Shown: piece after piece, positions 33,872 to 41,786 of the stretch
Position numbering within the stretch: the stretch's first letter is position 1
Layout of the letters: each line of letters begins with the position of its first letter
Source of the DNA: Candidatus Thalassarchaeaceae archaeon
Lineage (GTDB): Archaea > Thermoplasmatota > Poseidoniia > Poseidoniales > Thalassarchaeaceae
Direction: 5' to 3'
Length of the DNA: 64,000 nt
NCBI GenBank assembly: GCA_030749075.1
Contig: JASMKR010000009.1
Span: 23,296-87,295, forward strand
Translations under genes and position numbers: made by a program
The notes under the pieces: model-generated
Database searches by the model: none
Told to the model about the DNA's origin: nothing
What the model saw: only the letters and a program-made list of their open reading frames with translations

Positions 33872-34639
33872 CTAGTAGACCATCGGGACGTCGTCGTCGT
33901 CGTCGATTCCAGGAGGCGGGAGAGCCATTGCTTGTGCTCGCTCGAAAGCCTCCCTGACTCGTTCTTCGATATTCTTCGCATCCTCTAGAAGCCCCTTTAC
34001 GGGTATTTCCATGTCCATCAAATCGCTCAGCCCCTCAATAGCGATGAGTGCGGCCCTCGCATCAGGGTACATCGGATTGCACTCGGCCAGAAGCGCCGTC
34101 ACGTCCAGACCCCTTCTTTCACCCTCTGCGATGAGGTAGCCGGCAATGCCCGCGACTACGCCCTGCTGAATTCGTTGTATGTCGGAGTTATCCAATTGGT
34201 CGCGACCAATGTTCGTGGATGCCACGCCCCAGAGTTCGCTGTTCTCCTTGATTCCAAGGTCGTTGCTTACGACGCCGTCTATTACCACCAGTCGATCGAA
34301 TCCCCCTTTGGTGAACCACTCGAGAACGGTATTTGCGAAGTAGACGTCGTGCTCGCCGGGAAACTGGATCTCCGCGGTGAACACTCCGACGCCCTCGCCC
34401 TGATAGACTCGGACCGGATGTTTTGGCACCGAGTCATGAATCAACGCCACGGCCGGGAAATTTGGATGGAGCACGGTGCCCATAGGGCTGAGCTTGAGTG
34501 ATTTGATTAGATGCGAGGTCGCAATCACGCCCACGGAACCAACCGTCGAGAACCCACAAATGGCCGTTCCTCCAAGACTAGATGGATTGGCCTCCGTGTG
34601 AAGGACTAGCGGGTAGCCATCGCTCGAATCCTGACTCAT
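33872..34639 (-). CDS. PAC2-family proteasome assembly chaperone (paralog 1)
   Basis: ICGFSTVGSVGVIATSHLIKSLKL ... AEIQFPGEHD ... GIAGYLIAEGERRGLDVTALLAE. Acidic C-terminal tail ending PMVY. Confidence 0.75.
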   Translation of the reverse strand: MSQDSSDGYPLVLHTEANPSSLGGTAICGFSTVGSVGVIATSHLIKSLKLSPMGTVLHPNFPAVALIHDSVPKHPVRVYQGEGVGVFTAEIQFPGEHDVYFANTVLEWFTKGGFDRLVVIDGVVSNDLGIKENSELWGVASTNIGRDQLDNSDIQRIQQGVVAGIAGYLIAEGERRGLDVTALLAECNPMYPDARAALIAIEGLSDLMDMEIPVKGLLEDAKNIEERVREAFERAQAMALPPPGIDDDDDVPMVY

Positions 34640-34752
34640 GATTCACCCTCGTGGGTGGTTGCTTTCAATCTCACGGCTTCTGGATGTAGAGATTTGTGTT
34701 AATAAATATAACAAAAAATTAACCTATAAGGAAAGAAGCCCCCGACGCCAAT

Positions 34753-35310
34753 ATGGCGGCCCGCATTACCAAGGACCCTGCTAAGATGTACCTAATTCTG
34801 GGCTCACAGGAGATCGACCTCTCCGATTACACAAGGGAGGCCAACGACCGATGGCTCAAGGTGACGCCCCAGGACACGTGGTCTTCCACGCTATCGAGAG
34901 TCAGAATAGCGCGCCAAGAGGCATTTGAGAAGACTCTTGAGGCCATTCGTAGCAGCGGCTTCCCCGACCGGGGGTCGGCCTTCGCCAAGCTGCTCGACTC
35001 TTGTGGAATCGAAAAGAAGGCTGACGTTGTGCTCGCAGCGATACAATACATGAGGTCGGTACAGAAAGAGAGCGTAACGCAACCGAGAGACCTCAGGAGG
35101 CTGATTGAGGAGACGGGGAAGTGGCCTAAGAGCAAGGTGAAAAAGTGGAATATCACACTCAACATCAACAGGATGCTCGGAGGTGGATCTGCGGGCAGGC
35201 AAAGTGCTCCGTTTCTCGAGCATCCCCGCAGGAGCCCGAGAAAGAACAGCCACGTGGTCCTCACAGAAGCTGGGAGGGATCATCTCGATCTACTTTCCCT
35301 GAACAGGTGA
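34753..35310 (+). CDS. Hypothetical basic protein (no family recognised)
   Basis: 185-aa ORF with an ATG start. A strongly AT-rich promoter-like region (ttaataaatataacaaaaaattaacctataagg) lies immediately upstream. It ends 5 nt before the pentapeptide-repeat gene. Confidence 0.5.
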   Translation: MAARITKDPAKMYLILGSQEIDLSDYTREANDRWLKVTPQDTWSSTLSRVRIARQEAFEKTLEAIRSSGFPDRGSAFAKLLDSCGIEKKADVVLAAIQYMRSVQKESVTQPRDLRRLIEETGKWPKSKVKKWNITLNINRMLGGGSAGRQSAPFLEHPRRSPRKNSHVVLTEAGRDHLDLLSLNR

Positions 35311-35315
35311 GCGCC

Positions 35316-35702
35316 ATGACCGAGTATTCGATGGACTGGTCATACACCTCCCACATCGGCGAGGACCTTAGGAAGGTAGACCTCACAGGCGCTGACCTGC
35401 GTAGGGCCGTTCTGGACAGGGCGGACCTCGAGGGGGCGGACCTCTCAAAGGCCGATTTGCGCAACGCCTCCCTCAAGGAAGCGAATCTGATGAAGGCCGC
35501 ACTGGATGGCGCCGATTTGAGGGGGGCTCATCTGGTCAAAGCGAGGCTGGGGCTCTCCAATCTACGTGGTGCGCGCTTGGACGGAGCCGATCTGCGCGGA
35601 ATCCGCGGAAAGTATGCAATCTGGCGGGATGCCAACTGGTGGGATGCGATAATGGACGATTCTCTTCGCAGGGCATTGGAGAAGAATTGGCCGAGGAACT
35701 AG
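35316..35702 (+). CDS. Pentapeptide-repeat protein
   Basis: ADLRRAVLDRADLEGADLSKADLRNASLKEANLMKAALDGADLRGAHLVKARLGLSNLRGARLDGADLRG is an A(D/N)LxX five-residue periodicity. Start trimmed to ATG 35316. Confidence 0.8.
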   Translation: MTEYSMDWSYTSHIGEDLRKVDLTGADLRRAVLDRADLEGADLSKADLRNASLKEANLMKAALDGADLRGAHLVKARLGLSNLRGARLDGADLRGIRGKYAIWRDANWWDAIMDDSLRRALEKNWPRN

Positions 35703-36118
35703 TCTTCCGGTGACAATTTTGAGAGGGATTTCCGCATCCAGTCTGGGACCAGAACCTTGCTTCGAATCTCCCTCATGTCAGTGCAAACTGTCACCTGCTC
35801 TGATTTCCAACATAGCACGCCTTCTTGGTTGTGGAACTCGTATCTCCATGTAATCGATGTATTGCCGATTCGGGGGACGGAAATAGTACAGTGAATCGTA
35901 TCACCGTAGGACACCGGATGTAGGAAATGGGTGTCGCTGTGGACCAATGGGAATCCAATCTTATGTTCGCTCAGAATCTCGTTGTAGTGCATCCCGCAAG
36001 AATACTCCCAAGACTCCTCGTAGAACCTGTGCGCTAGGTCCCAGAACTCTGGGTAGTAGATGATCTTGGCCAAATCGACCATCGCGAAGTCGACTCGGCG
36101 CTGCGAGGTGAATGCCAC
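35699..36118 (-). CDS. Hotdog-fold acyl-CoA thioesterase (4HBT/YbgC-like)
   Basis: 139 aa. RRVDFAMVDLAKIIYYPEFWDLAHRFYEESW fits the 4HBT N-terminal pattern. GTG start. Confidence 0.7.
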   Translation of the reverse strand: MAFTSQRRVDFAMVDLAKIIYYPEFWDLAHRFYEESWEYSCGMHYNEILSEHKIGFPLVHSDTHFLHPVSYGDTIHCTISVPRIGNTSITWRYEFHNQEGVLCWKSEQVTVCTDMREIRSKVLVPDWMRKSLSKLSPED

Positions 36119-36154
36119 AGTCCTCGTCCGGGCGCCCTCGCTTCAACACTGTGT

Positions 36155-36231
36155 TGGCGGACCCACCGCGATTCGAACACGGGTTTCCAGCTCCGGAGGC
36201 TAGAGTGATATCCAGGCTACACTATGGGTCC
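36155..36231 (-). tRNA. tRNA-Arg (anticodon CCG), CCA encoded
   Basis: The minus strand folds by hand: GGACCCA-TA-GTGT-AGCCTGGATA-TCAC-T-CTAGC-CTCCGGA-GCTGG-AAAC-CCGTG-TTCGAAT-CGCGG-TGGGTCC-G-CCA. 7-bp acceptor stem, 5-bp anticodon stem, 5-bp T stem, anticodon CCG. Confidence 0.9.
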
Positions 36232-36276
36232 AGCGTTGCATCCAAGGCAACTCACTAATTGAATGGGTCGCTTTGG

Positions 36277-37122
36277 TCAGCTGGGGTGGATAATCGGGAA
36301 CAGGGGGTGGTCCATTTCTGACCCGTCGGCCAACTCGTCAGTCAGTCCCTCGAACTCGGGCGATGTGCGCCACTCGCGAGGTGCGTGGCGGGCGTCATCC
36401 CCGATCACCCGCACGGAGAAGGCTCGACGCCGTGCGGTAGAGCCTGCGCTGGCGTGCAATGTCAGCATGTGGAATGCGACCGCGTCACCCGGAGCCAGCT
36501 CCCATCCCAGTACCTCCTGCGAGTCGGGGGCGGCGACGACGTCTGGGACCTCTGCGAGGCTGCCTTCGGGAAACCACTTGGCCTGCTCGGTCAGGAAGGT
36601 CTTGGGCATGTACCACGTGCCGTCGTTAGAACCGGCGACGAATTCGAGCGTGGACTCCCTCGGCACGTGGTCTACTGGAATCCAGAAGCTGATGTTCTGT
36701 GTGCCCGAGACGTTGTAGTACGGCTGGTCCTGGTGCCACGGGGTCGGCTGCTCGGTCTTCGGCTCCTTGACCAGTATGTGGTCGTGGTACAGCCGCACTG
36801 TCTCGCTCCCCATCAGCCTAGCCGCTATCCCTGGGAGGGCCGAGTCAAAGATGATGTTGCGATAGGCTGGGATTCGCTGCCAATTGCAGAAGTCCTCGAA
36901 GAACCTGCCCGGGTCCGTGTTGCGGCTCGCTGTAGCCCCCAGTGGACCCGGGTTGGCGATGTTCCAGTCAATCGCCTCGCGCAGCGAGTTCACTTCCTCG
37001 TCCGTGAGCAGTTTTCGGATGGCGACCGCGCCGTTGCGCTGGTAAAACTCGACGTCTGAGTCGGTCACCTCGGGCATGGTGACCGGTTGATCTGATTGAA
37101 ATTGAGGTTTCCCCAAGGTCAT
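36277..37122 (-). CDS. Phytanoyl-CoA dioxygenase (PhyH) family Fe(II)/2-oxoglutarate oxygenase
   Basis: YHDHILVKEPKTEQPTPWHQDQPYYNV (H-x-D facial triad region) and a late HMLTLHAS histidine. 281 aa. Confidence 0.8.
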   Translation of the reverse strand: MTLGKPQFQSDQPVTMPEVTDSDVEFYQRNGAVAIRKLLTDEEVNSLREAIDWNIANPGPLGATASRNTDPGRFFEDFCNWQRIPAYRNIIFDSALPGIAARLMGSETVRLYHDHILVKEPKTEQPTPWHQDQPYYNVSGTQNISFWIPVDHVPRESTLEFVAGSNDGTWYMPKTFLTEQAKWFPEGSLAEVPDVVAAPDSQEVLGWELAPGDAVAFHMLTLHASAGSTARRRAFSVRVIGDDARHAPREWRTSPEFEGLTDELADGSEMDHPLFPIIHPS

Positions 37123-37134
37123 TGTGGGTACGTT

Positions 37135-38136
37135 TCAGGTGAATTGTGGTTGGGAGCGTAGGTGCAGGTAGTGCGCCACTGACGCGGAGGACGCTGACAG
37201 CAGCGAGACTATGATCGTCACCTCGGAAAGTAGAGCGGTGGACATGGTGCCGGCCTCGACGCCCAGCCAGACGATGAGAGCGGCGAAGGTTAGACGGCTC
37301 GTGGCTAGCACCTCGAAGTAGGTTGCGTCGCTCGGCCCGTGTCCGAGTATGTGTCCTGCACCGAGCCATGGAAGGGGGAGCCTGCTCGCTGCGGCAGCGG
37401 CCAGGAGAACGAGCCAGTTCCAGGAATCGGCGATTGCCGACCACTCGATGCGCGCACCGGCGAGCACGAAGAAGGAAGGGGCAATGGCCGCGCGCATGAG
37501 AGTCTGTAGGTGGACTCTGGCCCCAGATGGGATTCTGTCGTGCAGAGCTATGCCCGAGCAGAAGGCTAGCAGAGTCAGTAGCACGATTGGGGTGCGCAGC
37601 ACGGCGAGGACAAGCAGGACGATTGTGCTATTGACAAGGAAGGTGACCCCGAGCAGGTCCTTGGCCAGTGAGGTCTCGATTCGTCGATGGGTGTCGAGCA
37701 TGCTCCATGAGATTGCTACCGAGACCTCCGAGAGGGCGAGTCCGGCCACCACCGCCCCCATGCCTGCATCGGGCCAGAGCAGCAGCGCCAGGGGGGGGAG
37801 AAACAACAGAGGAGGTAGCAGTTTCGCGAGGGATGCCTTCGAGACTTCTCGCCATCGCTCACGGAGGTGCTCGAAAGGAAGCGCGAGACCTGCGGAGAAG
37901 ACGACTAGGAGGCCGAGGCCGCCGGTTAGGATGGACATGGCGGCCTGTGTGGCTGTGGAGGTCTCGGATCCAGGAATGGAGGGGGACAGATGCGGCCAGG
38001 CCGCCGCCGCTGCCATGCCAATAAGCAAGTGGCCCAGAGGAGTCGGTAGGGCGCTTACCCTATCGATAAGGGGGTTGGCAGCCCATGCGATGGCGAGGCA
38101 GGCGCAGATTCCAGCGATGCTGGCGCTCACGGCCAT
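37135..38136 (-). CDS. Polytopic membrane protein, cation:proton antiporter (CPA)-like
   Basis: About 10 hydrophobic helices. VFSAGLALPFEHLRE and FFVLAGARIEW resemble Na+/H+ exchanger family motifs. Start trimmed to ATG 38136 because the track ORF would overlap the tRNA at 38191. Confidence 0.45.
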   Translation of the reverse strand: MAVSASIAGICACLAIAWAANPLIDRVSALPTPLGHLLIGMAAAAAWPHLSPSIPGSETSTATQAAMSILTGGLGLLVVFSAGLALPFEHLRERWREVSKASLAKLLPPLLFLPPLALLLWPDAGMGAVVAGLALSEVSVAISWSMLDTHRRIETSLAKDLLGVTFLVNSTIVLLVLAVLRTPIVLLTLLAFCSGIALHDRIPSGARVHLQTLMRAAIAPSFFVLAGARIEWSAIADSWNWLVLLAAAAASRLPLPWLGAGHILGHGPSDATYFEVLATSRLTFAALIVWLGVEAGTMSTALLSEVTIIVSLLSASSASVAHYLHLRSQPQFT

Positions 38137-38190
38137 GCTTCTGCGCGTACAGGACCGTTCTTCAACAGACAGGCTCCCACTGAGGTCGAA

Positions 38191-38267
38191 TGGCGGACCC
38201 ACCGCGATTCGAACACGGGTTACAAGCTCCGCAAGCTCATGTGATATCCAGGCTACACTATGGGTCC
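38191..38267 (-). tRNA. tRNA-Arg (anticodon GCG), CCA encoded
   Basis: The body is identical to the 36155-36231 tRNA except for position 26, the anticodon arm (TGAGC-TTGCGGA-GCTTG) and the variable loop (TAAC). Anticodon GCG. Confidence 0.9.
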
Positions 38268-38316
38268 AGCGGCTTTTCGACCGGAGTCATGTGCTTAATC
38301 CCGACGGTTTTCGGGG

Positions 38317-38670
38317 TTAGGGGGGGAGGGGGAGCAGAGTCTTCCATCTGGGCTCGGCCAGCTTCTTGGCGTTGGGGGCGGTCATGGTATTCTTCGTCTT
38401 GTGTGTCAGTACCCCGTGCATGCCCTCAACGGAGAATTTTACGCGTAGCTCCAGCATCCTGTCTCGCTCCGCGGTGGTTATCTGGTCCGAGTCCAACTCG
38501 AAGTTCGTCGAAGCAACCTCACCGCCCTCGTTGCGCAATCTTAGGGTGCTGCCGTCGATGCTCGCCCTGGGGGAGAAGTCGAAGTCCTGAGGATCCAACA
38601 TGCGGACGTTGGCATCGACAACCAGCCGGTCGCGTATGGACACCTTCGTAATCTCGATCGACTTGACCAC
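38317..38670 (-). CDS. Hypothetical small protein (no family recognised)
   Basis: 117-aa ORF with coding-like composition and a GTG start. Lies downstream of, and co-oriented with, the PKD lipoprotein gene. Confidence 0.45.
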   Translation of the reverse strand: MVKSIEITKVSIRDRLVVDANVRMLDPQDFDFSPRASIDGSTLRLRNEGGEVASTNFELDSDQITTAERDRMLELRVKFSVEGMHGVLTHKTKNTMTAPNAKKLAEPRWKTLLPLPP

Positions 38671-38722
38671 GCCATCGCCACCAATAGGTGGTTGAAAGGC
38701 CTTCGCACCCAGACGTGAGAAC

Positions 38723-39925
38723 TCAGACTCCGATCTCGCTGATCCTGAGGATTAACACGACGAACTCGACCTCCAGCCTCCAGTCGTTACCCTCGTCCGG
38801 ATCGACGTTGTCAATTGGTAGGTCCGGATCACATTCGACGGCAGTTATGGTCCACTTCCAGACACCCTGACCGAACCTCTGCCCGGGCTGGTTGAGCAGG
38901 GAGGAGGCGAGCTCCTCGGAGGATTCAGCGTTCGTCGTGTACCCCGTCTCCGGGTTGTCGTTCATCCCGTCCCTCTCGATGGTCGCCGAAGCGTTCTCGG
39001 TGATATTTTCTTGAGTGGTGATGATCGAGGTTCTCCAGCCGGATAGTGGGACATCCAGTTCCAACGTGAAGTTGTCCTCGGGCCACTGTATCGGCAAAAG
39101 ATCCCTCGCGAGGGTGAGAGTTGCGATAACTCGGATAATCCTGGCTCCCTCTCCGGGAATGTGCTCGATCTCGTACGAGCCACCCTGCTCGAGGTATCCG
39201 GACCACTCGTAGTCGACATGGGCCTCCTCCCATACCACCTTGAAGTTTCGAGGGATTACCCGCAGAGTCCAGAGGGCGGTAGCGGTAGCGCCGTTGTCGT
39301 CTACGACGGTGATTGCCCCGGTGTGGTTCCCCGACTCCGTGAGGGTCAGATCGGCGATGGCCCCGTTGTAATCGGCATCGTTGGTGGGGTCGCTATCGCC
39401 GTTCGAATCGAGTAGAGCATCGAAATCCCACAGGAACTCCAAGGCACCGCCCTCGAGATCGGTGGAGTCGCTGGCATCGAGAGTCGCCGTGCCACCAGTT
39501 CTGATGAAGTCGGGGATGTCGAGTACGATCTTAGGAGGCGCGTTGACGAACACGCTCAGGCTCGCGGAGTCCGTGGAGCCCTCGTCGTTCACAACGATGA
39601 CTTGGACCTCATAGTCCCCGGCGTGGTTGAACATGTGACTGACGATGCCCTGCTTGGTCGTCTTCGACTCTCCATCGCCGAAGTGCCAACGGAACTCGTC
39701 GATAATGGTGGGCTCGGGACTTGTGGAGTCTCTAGCATCGAAGTTCACCGTCTCACCGACGTTGATGCTGTCAGTGTCCGCTGAGATGCTGGCACTGGGG
39801 TTTCCCGGCCCGAGACCGCTGCACCCGGTGAACATCTGGCACAGGAGCAGGATTGCGATTGCCGCAGCGGCACTCCGAGAGCCGGCATCCATCGCTACCT
39901 GTGCGAAACGGTTCCTCATAGGCAT
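38723..39925 (-). CDS. Secreted lipoprotein with two PKD domains and an uncharacterised C-terminal domain
   Basis: Lipobox LLLCQMFTGCSG. PKD signatures: VNFDARDSTSPEPTIIDEFRWHFGDGESKT...GDYEVQVIVVNDEG and ATLDASDSTDLEGGALEFLWDFD...GNHTGAITVVDDNG. Confidence 0.75.
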   Translation of the reverse strand: MPMRNRFAQVAMDAGSRSAAAAIAILLLCQMFTGCSGLGPGNPSASISADTDSINVGETVNFDARDSTSPEPTIIDEFRWHFGDGESKTTKQGIVSHMFNHAGDYEVQVIVVNDEGSTDSASLSVFVNAPPKIVLDIPDFIRTGGTATLDASDSTDLEGGALEFLWDFDALLDSNGDSDPTNDADYNGAIADLTLTESGNHTGAITVVDDNGATATALWTLRVIPRNFKVVWEEAHVDYEWSGYLEQGGSYEIEHIPGEGARIIRVIATLTLARDLLPIQWPEDNFTLELDVPLSGWRTSIITTQENITENASATIERDGMNDNPETGYTTNAESSEELASSLLNQPGQRFGQGVWKWTITAVECDPDLPIDNVDPDEGNDWRLEVEFVVLILRISEIGV

Positions 39926-40004
39926 GTTGGGTGCAGGATGGCGACATGCTCACGTTGAGAGAGTTGATGGCCGATGTCGCGTGGGGAGGGGCGTGACTGT
40001 GGGG

Positions 40005-40571
40005 ATGCTATCTGGATATCGCGTCTTGGGCTTCGACCTCGAGACCACGGGCTTCGATCCGAGGTCGGACAGGGTGGTTCAGTACGCACTTGTAGGCAGT
40101 GATGCGGATGGATCACACATCAATCTGCAGTCGCTGGTGAACCCAGGAATGAGAATCCCCGAGGAGGCTGTCAGAGTGCATGGAATCACGAATGACGACG
40201 TCAGAGGGCAAGGTGGGTTTGGAAACCACATCGCTGAAATGGTGTCTTTGATGGAGGGTTCCATCATCGTGGGACACAACATCATCAACTTCGACTGGAG
40301 GTTCGTAAATATGGAGTGCATGAGAATCGGGATCGAGGTACCGCAGCCCCATGCAATCATAGACACCCTGGTAATCGCGAGGAGATTCGTTATTCCGGGT
40401 AGCCACAGGCTGGGAAGGCTGTGCGAACACTTCGACATCCGAATAGACAGGTCGCACAGGGCTGATGCCGATGCCGGGGCAACACTGCTTCTACTCTGGA
40501 AGATGATGCAGACTTATCCCAGAAAGTTCAGGATGACTGTGGACGAGTTCGTCGATTCACTGGACCGCTGA
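40005..40571 (+). CDS. DnaQ/epsilon-like DEDDh 3'-5' exonuclease
   Basis: Exo I VLGFDLETTG, Exo II IVGHNIINFDWRF, Exo III HRADADAGAT. Start trimmed to ATG 40005. The 3' end overlaps the convergent nuclease gene by 15 nt. Confidence 0.8.
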   Translation: MLSGYRVLGFDLETTGFDPRSDRVVQYALVGSDADGSHINLQSLVNPGMRIPEEAVRVHGITNDDVRGQGGFGNHIAEMVSLMEGSIIVGHNIINFDWRFVNMECMRIGIEVPQPHAIIDTLVIARRFVIPGSHRLGRLCEHFDIRIDRSHRADADAGATLLLLWKMMQTYPRKFRMTVDEFVDSLDR

Positions 40572-41714
40572 TCCCAGAATCGGAGACCACGGTAGGACCT
40601 CGGACCAATCTCCTAGGTGCATGATCTTGCCATCGACTCTCGCACTACCGAGGAATAGCGGCCCATCGTAATCCGAAGAGGAAATTGCCCTCATTTGCTC
40701 GAGCGCCTGGTCACGGAGGATTGCTCCGAACCGGTGATTGGAGCCGGCAAGTTCACCGGCGTCGCCGATGGGAGGGGTCCGCTCGAAGAGAGAGGCCCCT
40801 GACTCCTCGTCGAACCTCACGAGGCGAACGACCTCGTCTCTAAACCTGCTTCCTGGTGCTAGTTCGCCGTCCCTGCGCGCTACCCACCAAGTCGGGCACC
40901 ACGCCTTCCACTCGCAGAACGCGCAAGCGGAATTGCTTGGCGTACCCTGCAGGGGCTCCTCGGTCGGTCTCATGCCCTCCCAAGCCTCTAGTGCCTCAGT
41001 CAAGATTGGAGGGCCATCGGCGCGATGTATGGTCTGGTTCGCCGAGTACCAGCCTTCAGCAAGCACCGGGGGGTGATCGGGATTGTTCTGCTTGAGCAGG
41101 TCGCGATAGAACCTCAACTGTCTGCTGACCTTCTCATTGAGTTGGGCCTTCGGAGGGTTCCCGGTCTTCAGGTCGGCTACGATCCATCCCACCGACTTGC
41201 CATCTTGAATGTCTGAGATTAGGAGATCGAGGCGCCCCATCAGGCGTCCGCAATCGGAAACGAGGGTTCCCTCGTTTGAGAGGATGATCTTCTGCACATC
41301 CCTCCAAGTTCCGACTGAGACCTGGGGGAGTTGGGTGGGGGGAATGTGGGCCTTCGTGAAGAGGATATTGAGAGCGCCGGCCAGCCCATCGTGTGCCTTG
41401 TTAATTAGTTCCGACTTCCATCTGGGGTGTCTTGGGGTCCCGAGGAAGATATCGCGTTCAATTTGCCAGTGTCGATCGAGTACCTCCTTGGCGGTCGGTG
41501 GCAGCCAACCCACCTCGTCAACGTCCCTGCCGCTCAGATCCAGATTGCATAAATCCTCCATGGAGTTGTGGATTGCGGTGCCCAACGAGGCTGGCATGCT
41601 GGCCTTGCGAGGAAGGCCTCTTCGCGAGAGCCAGTACTTCCTCGGGCACTCCTCGAACCTATTCCAAGAGGAAGGTGACAACCGATGTGTATGGAACTCT
41701 TCTTTGACTTCCAT
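40557..41714 (-). CDS. RecB/Cas4-like PD-(D/E)XK nuclease with 4-Cys (Fe-S type) arrangement
   Basis: N-terminal LSPSSWNRFEECPRKYWL, core GRLDLLISD ... IVADLKTG, C-terminal CAFCEWKAWC (C...CxxCxxxxxC). 385 aa. Confidence 0.7.
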   Translation of the reverse strand: MEVKEEFHTHRLSPSSWNRFEECPRKYWLSRRGLPRKASMPASLGTAIHNSMEDLCNLDLSGRDVDEVGWLPPTAKEVLDRHWQIERDIFLGTPRHPRWKSELINKAHDGLAGALNILFTKAHIPPTQLPQVSVGTWRDVQKIILSNEGTLVSDCGRLMGRLDLLISDIQDGKSVGWIVADLKTGNPPKAQLNEKVSRQLRFYRDLLKQNNPDHPPVLAEGWYSANQTIHRADGPPILTEALEAWEGMRPTEEPLQGTPSNSACAFCEWKAWCPTWWVARRDGELAPGSRFRDEVVRLVRFDEESGASLFERTPPIGDAGELAGSNHRFGAILRDQALEQMRAISSSDYDGPLFLGSARVDGKIMHLGDWSEVLPWSPILGSAVQ

Positions 41715-41786
41715 CCGACCAATCCCTGTCCTTCAAGGATAGTCAGGAGTGGCAATGGTTAACAGCATTGAGGAGCATTGTAGACC

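Noticed and set aside
36155-38267. tRNA-flanked cassette as an integrated mobile element
   Set aside because: There is no integrase, transposase or phage/plasmid gene. The repeats are two complete, functional-looking tRNAs with different anticodons rather than a tRNA plus partial att duplicate. I kept it only as a low-interest recombination and synteny question.
37349-38320. 323-aa plus-strand ORF (and 36385-37059, 224 aa) antisense to the CPA-like and PhyH genes
   Set aside because: The products are Arg/Ala/Ser-rich. The ORF runs straight through the tRNA-Arg(GCG) gene. The opposite-strand frames have membrane-helix periodicity and PhyH motifs.
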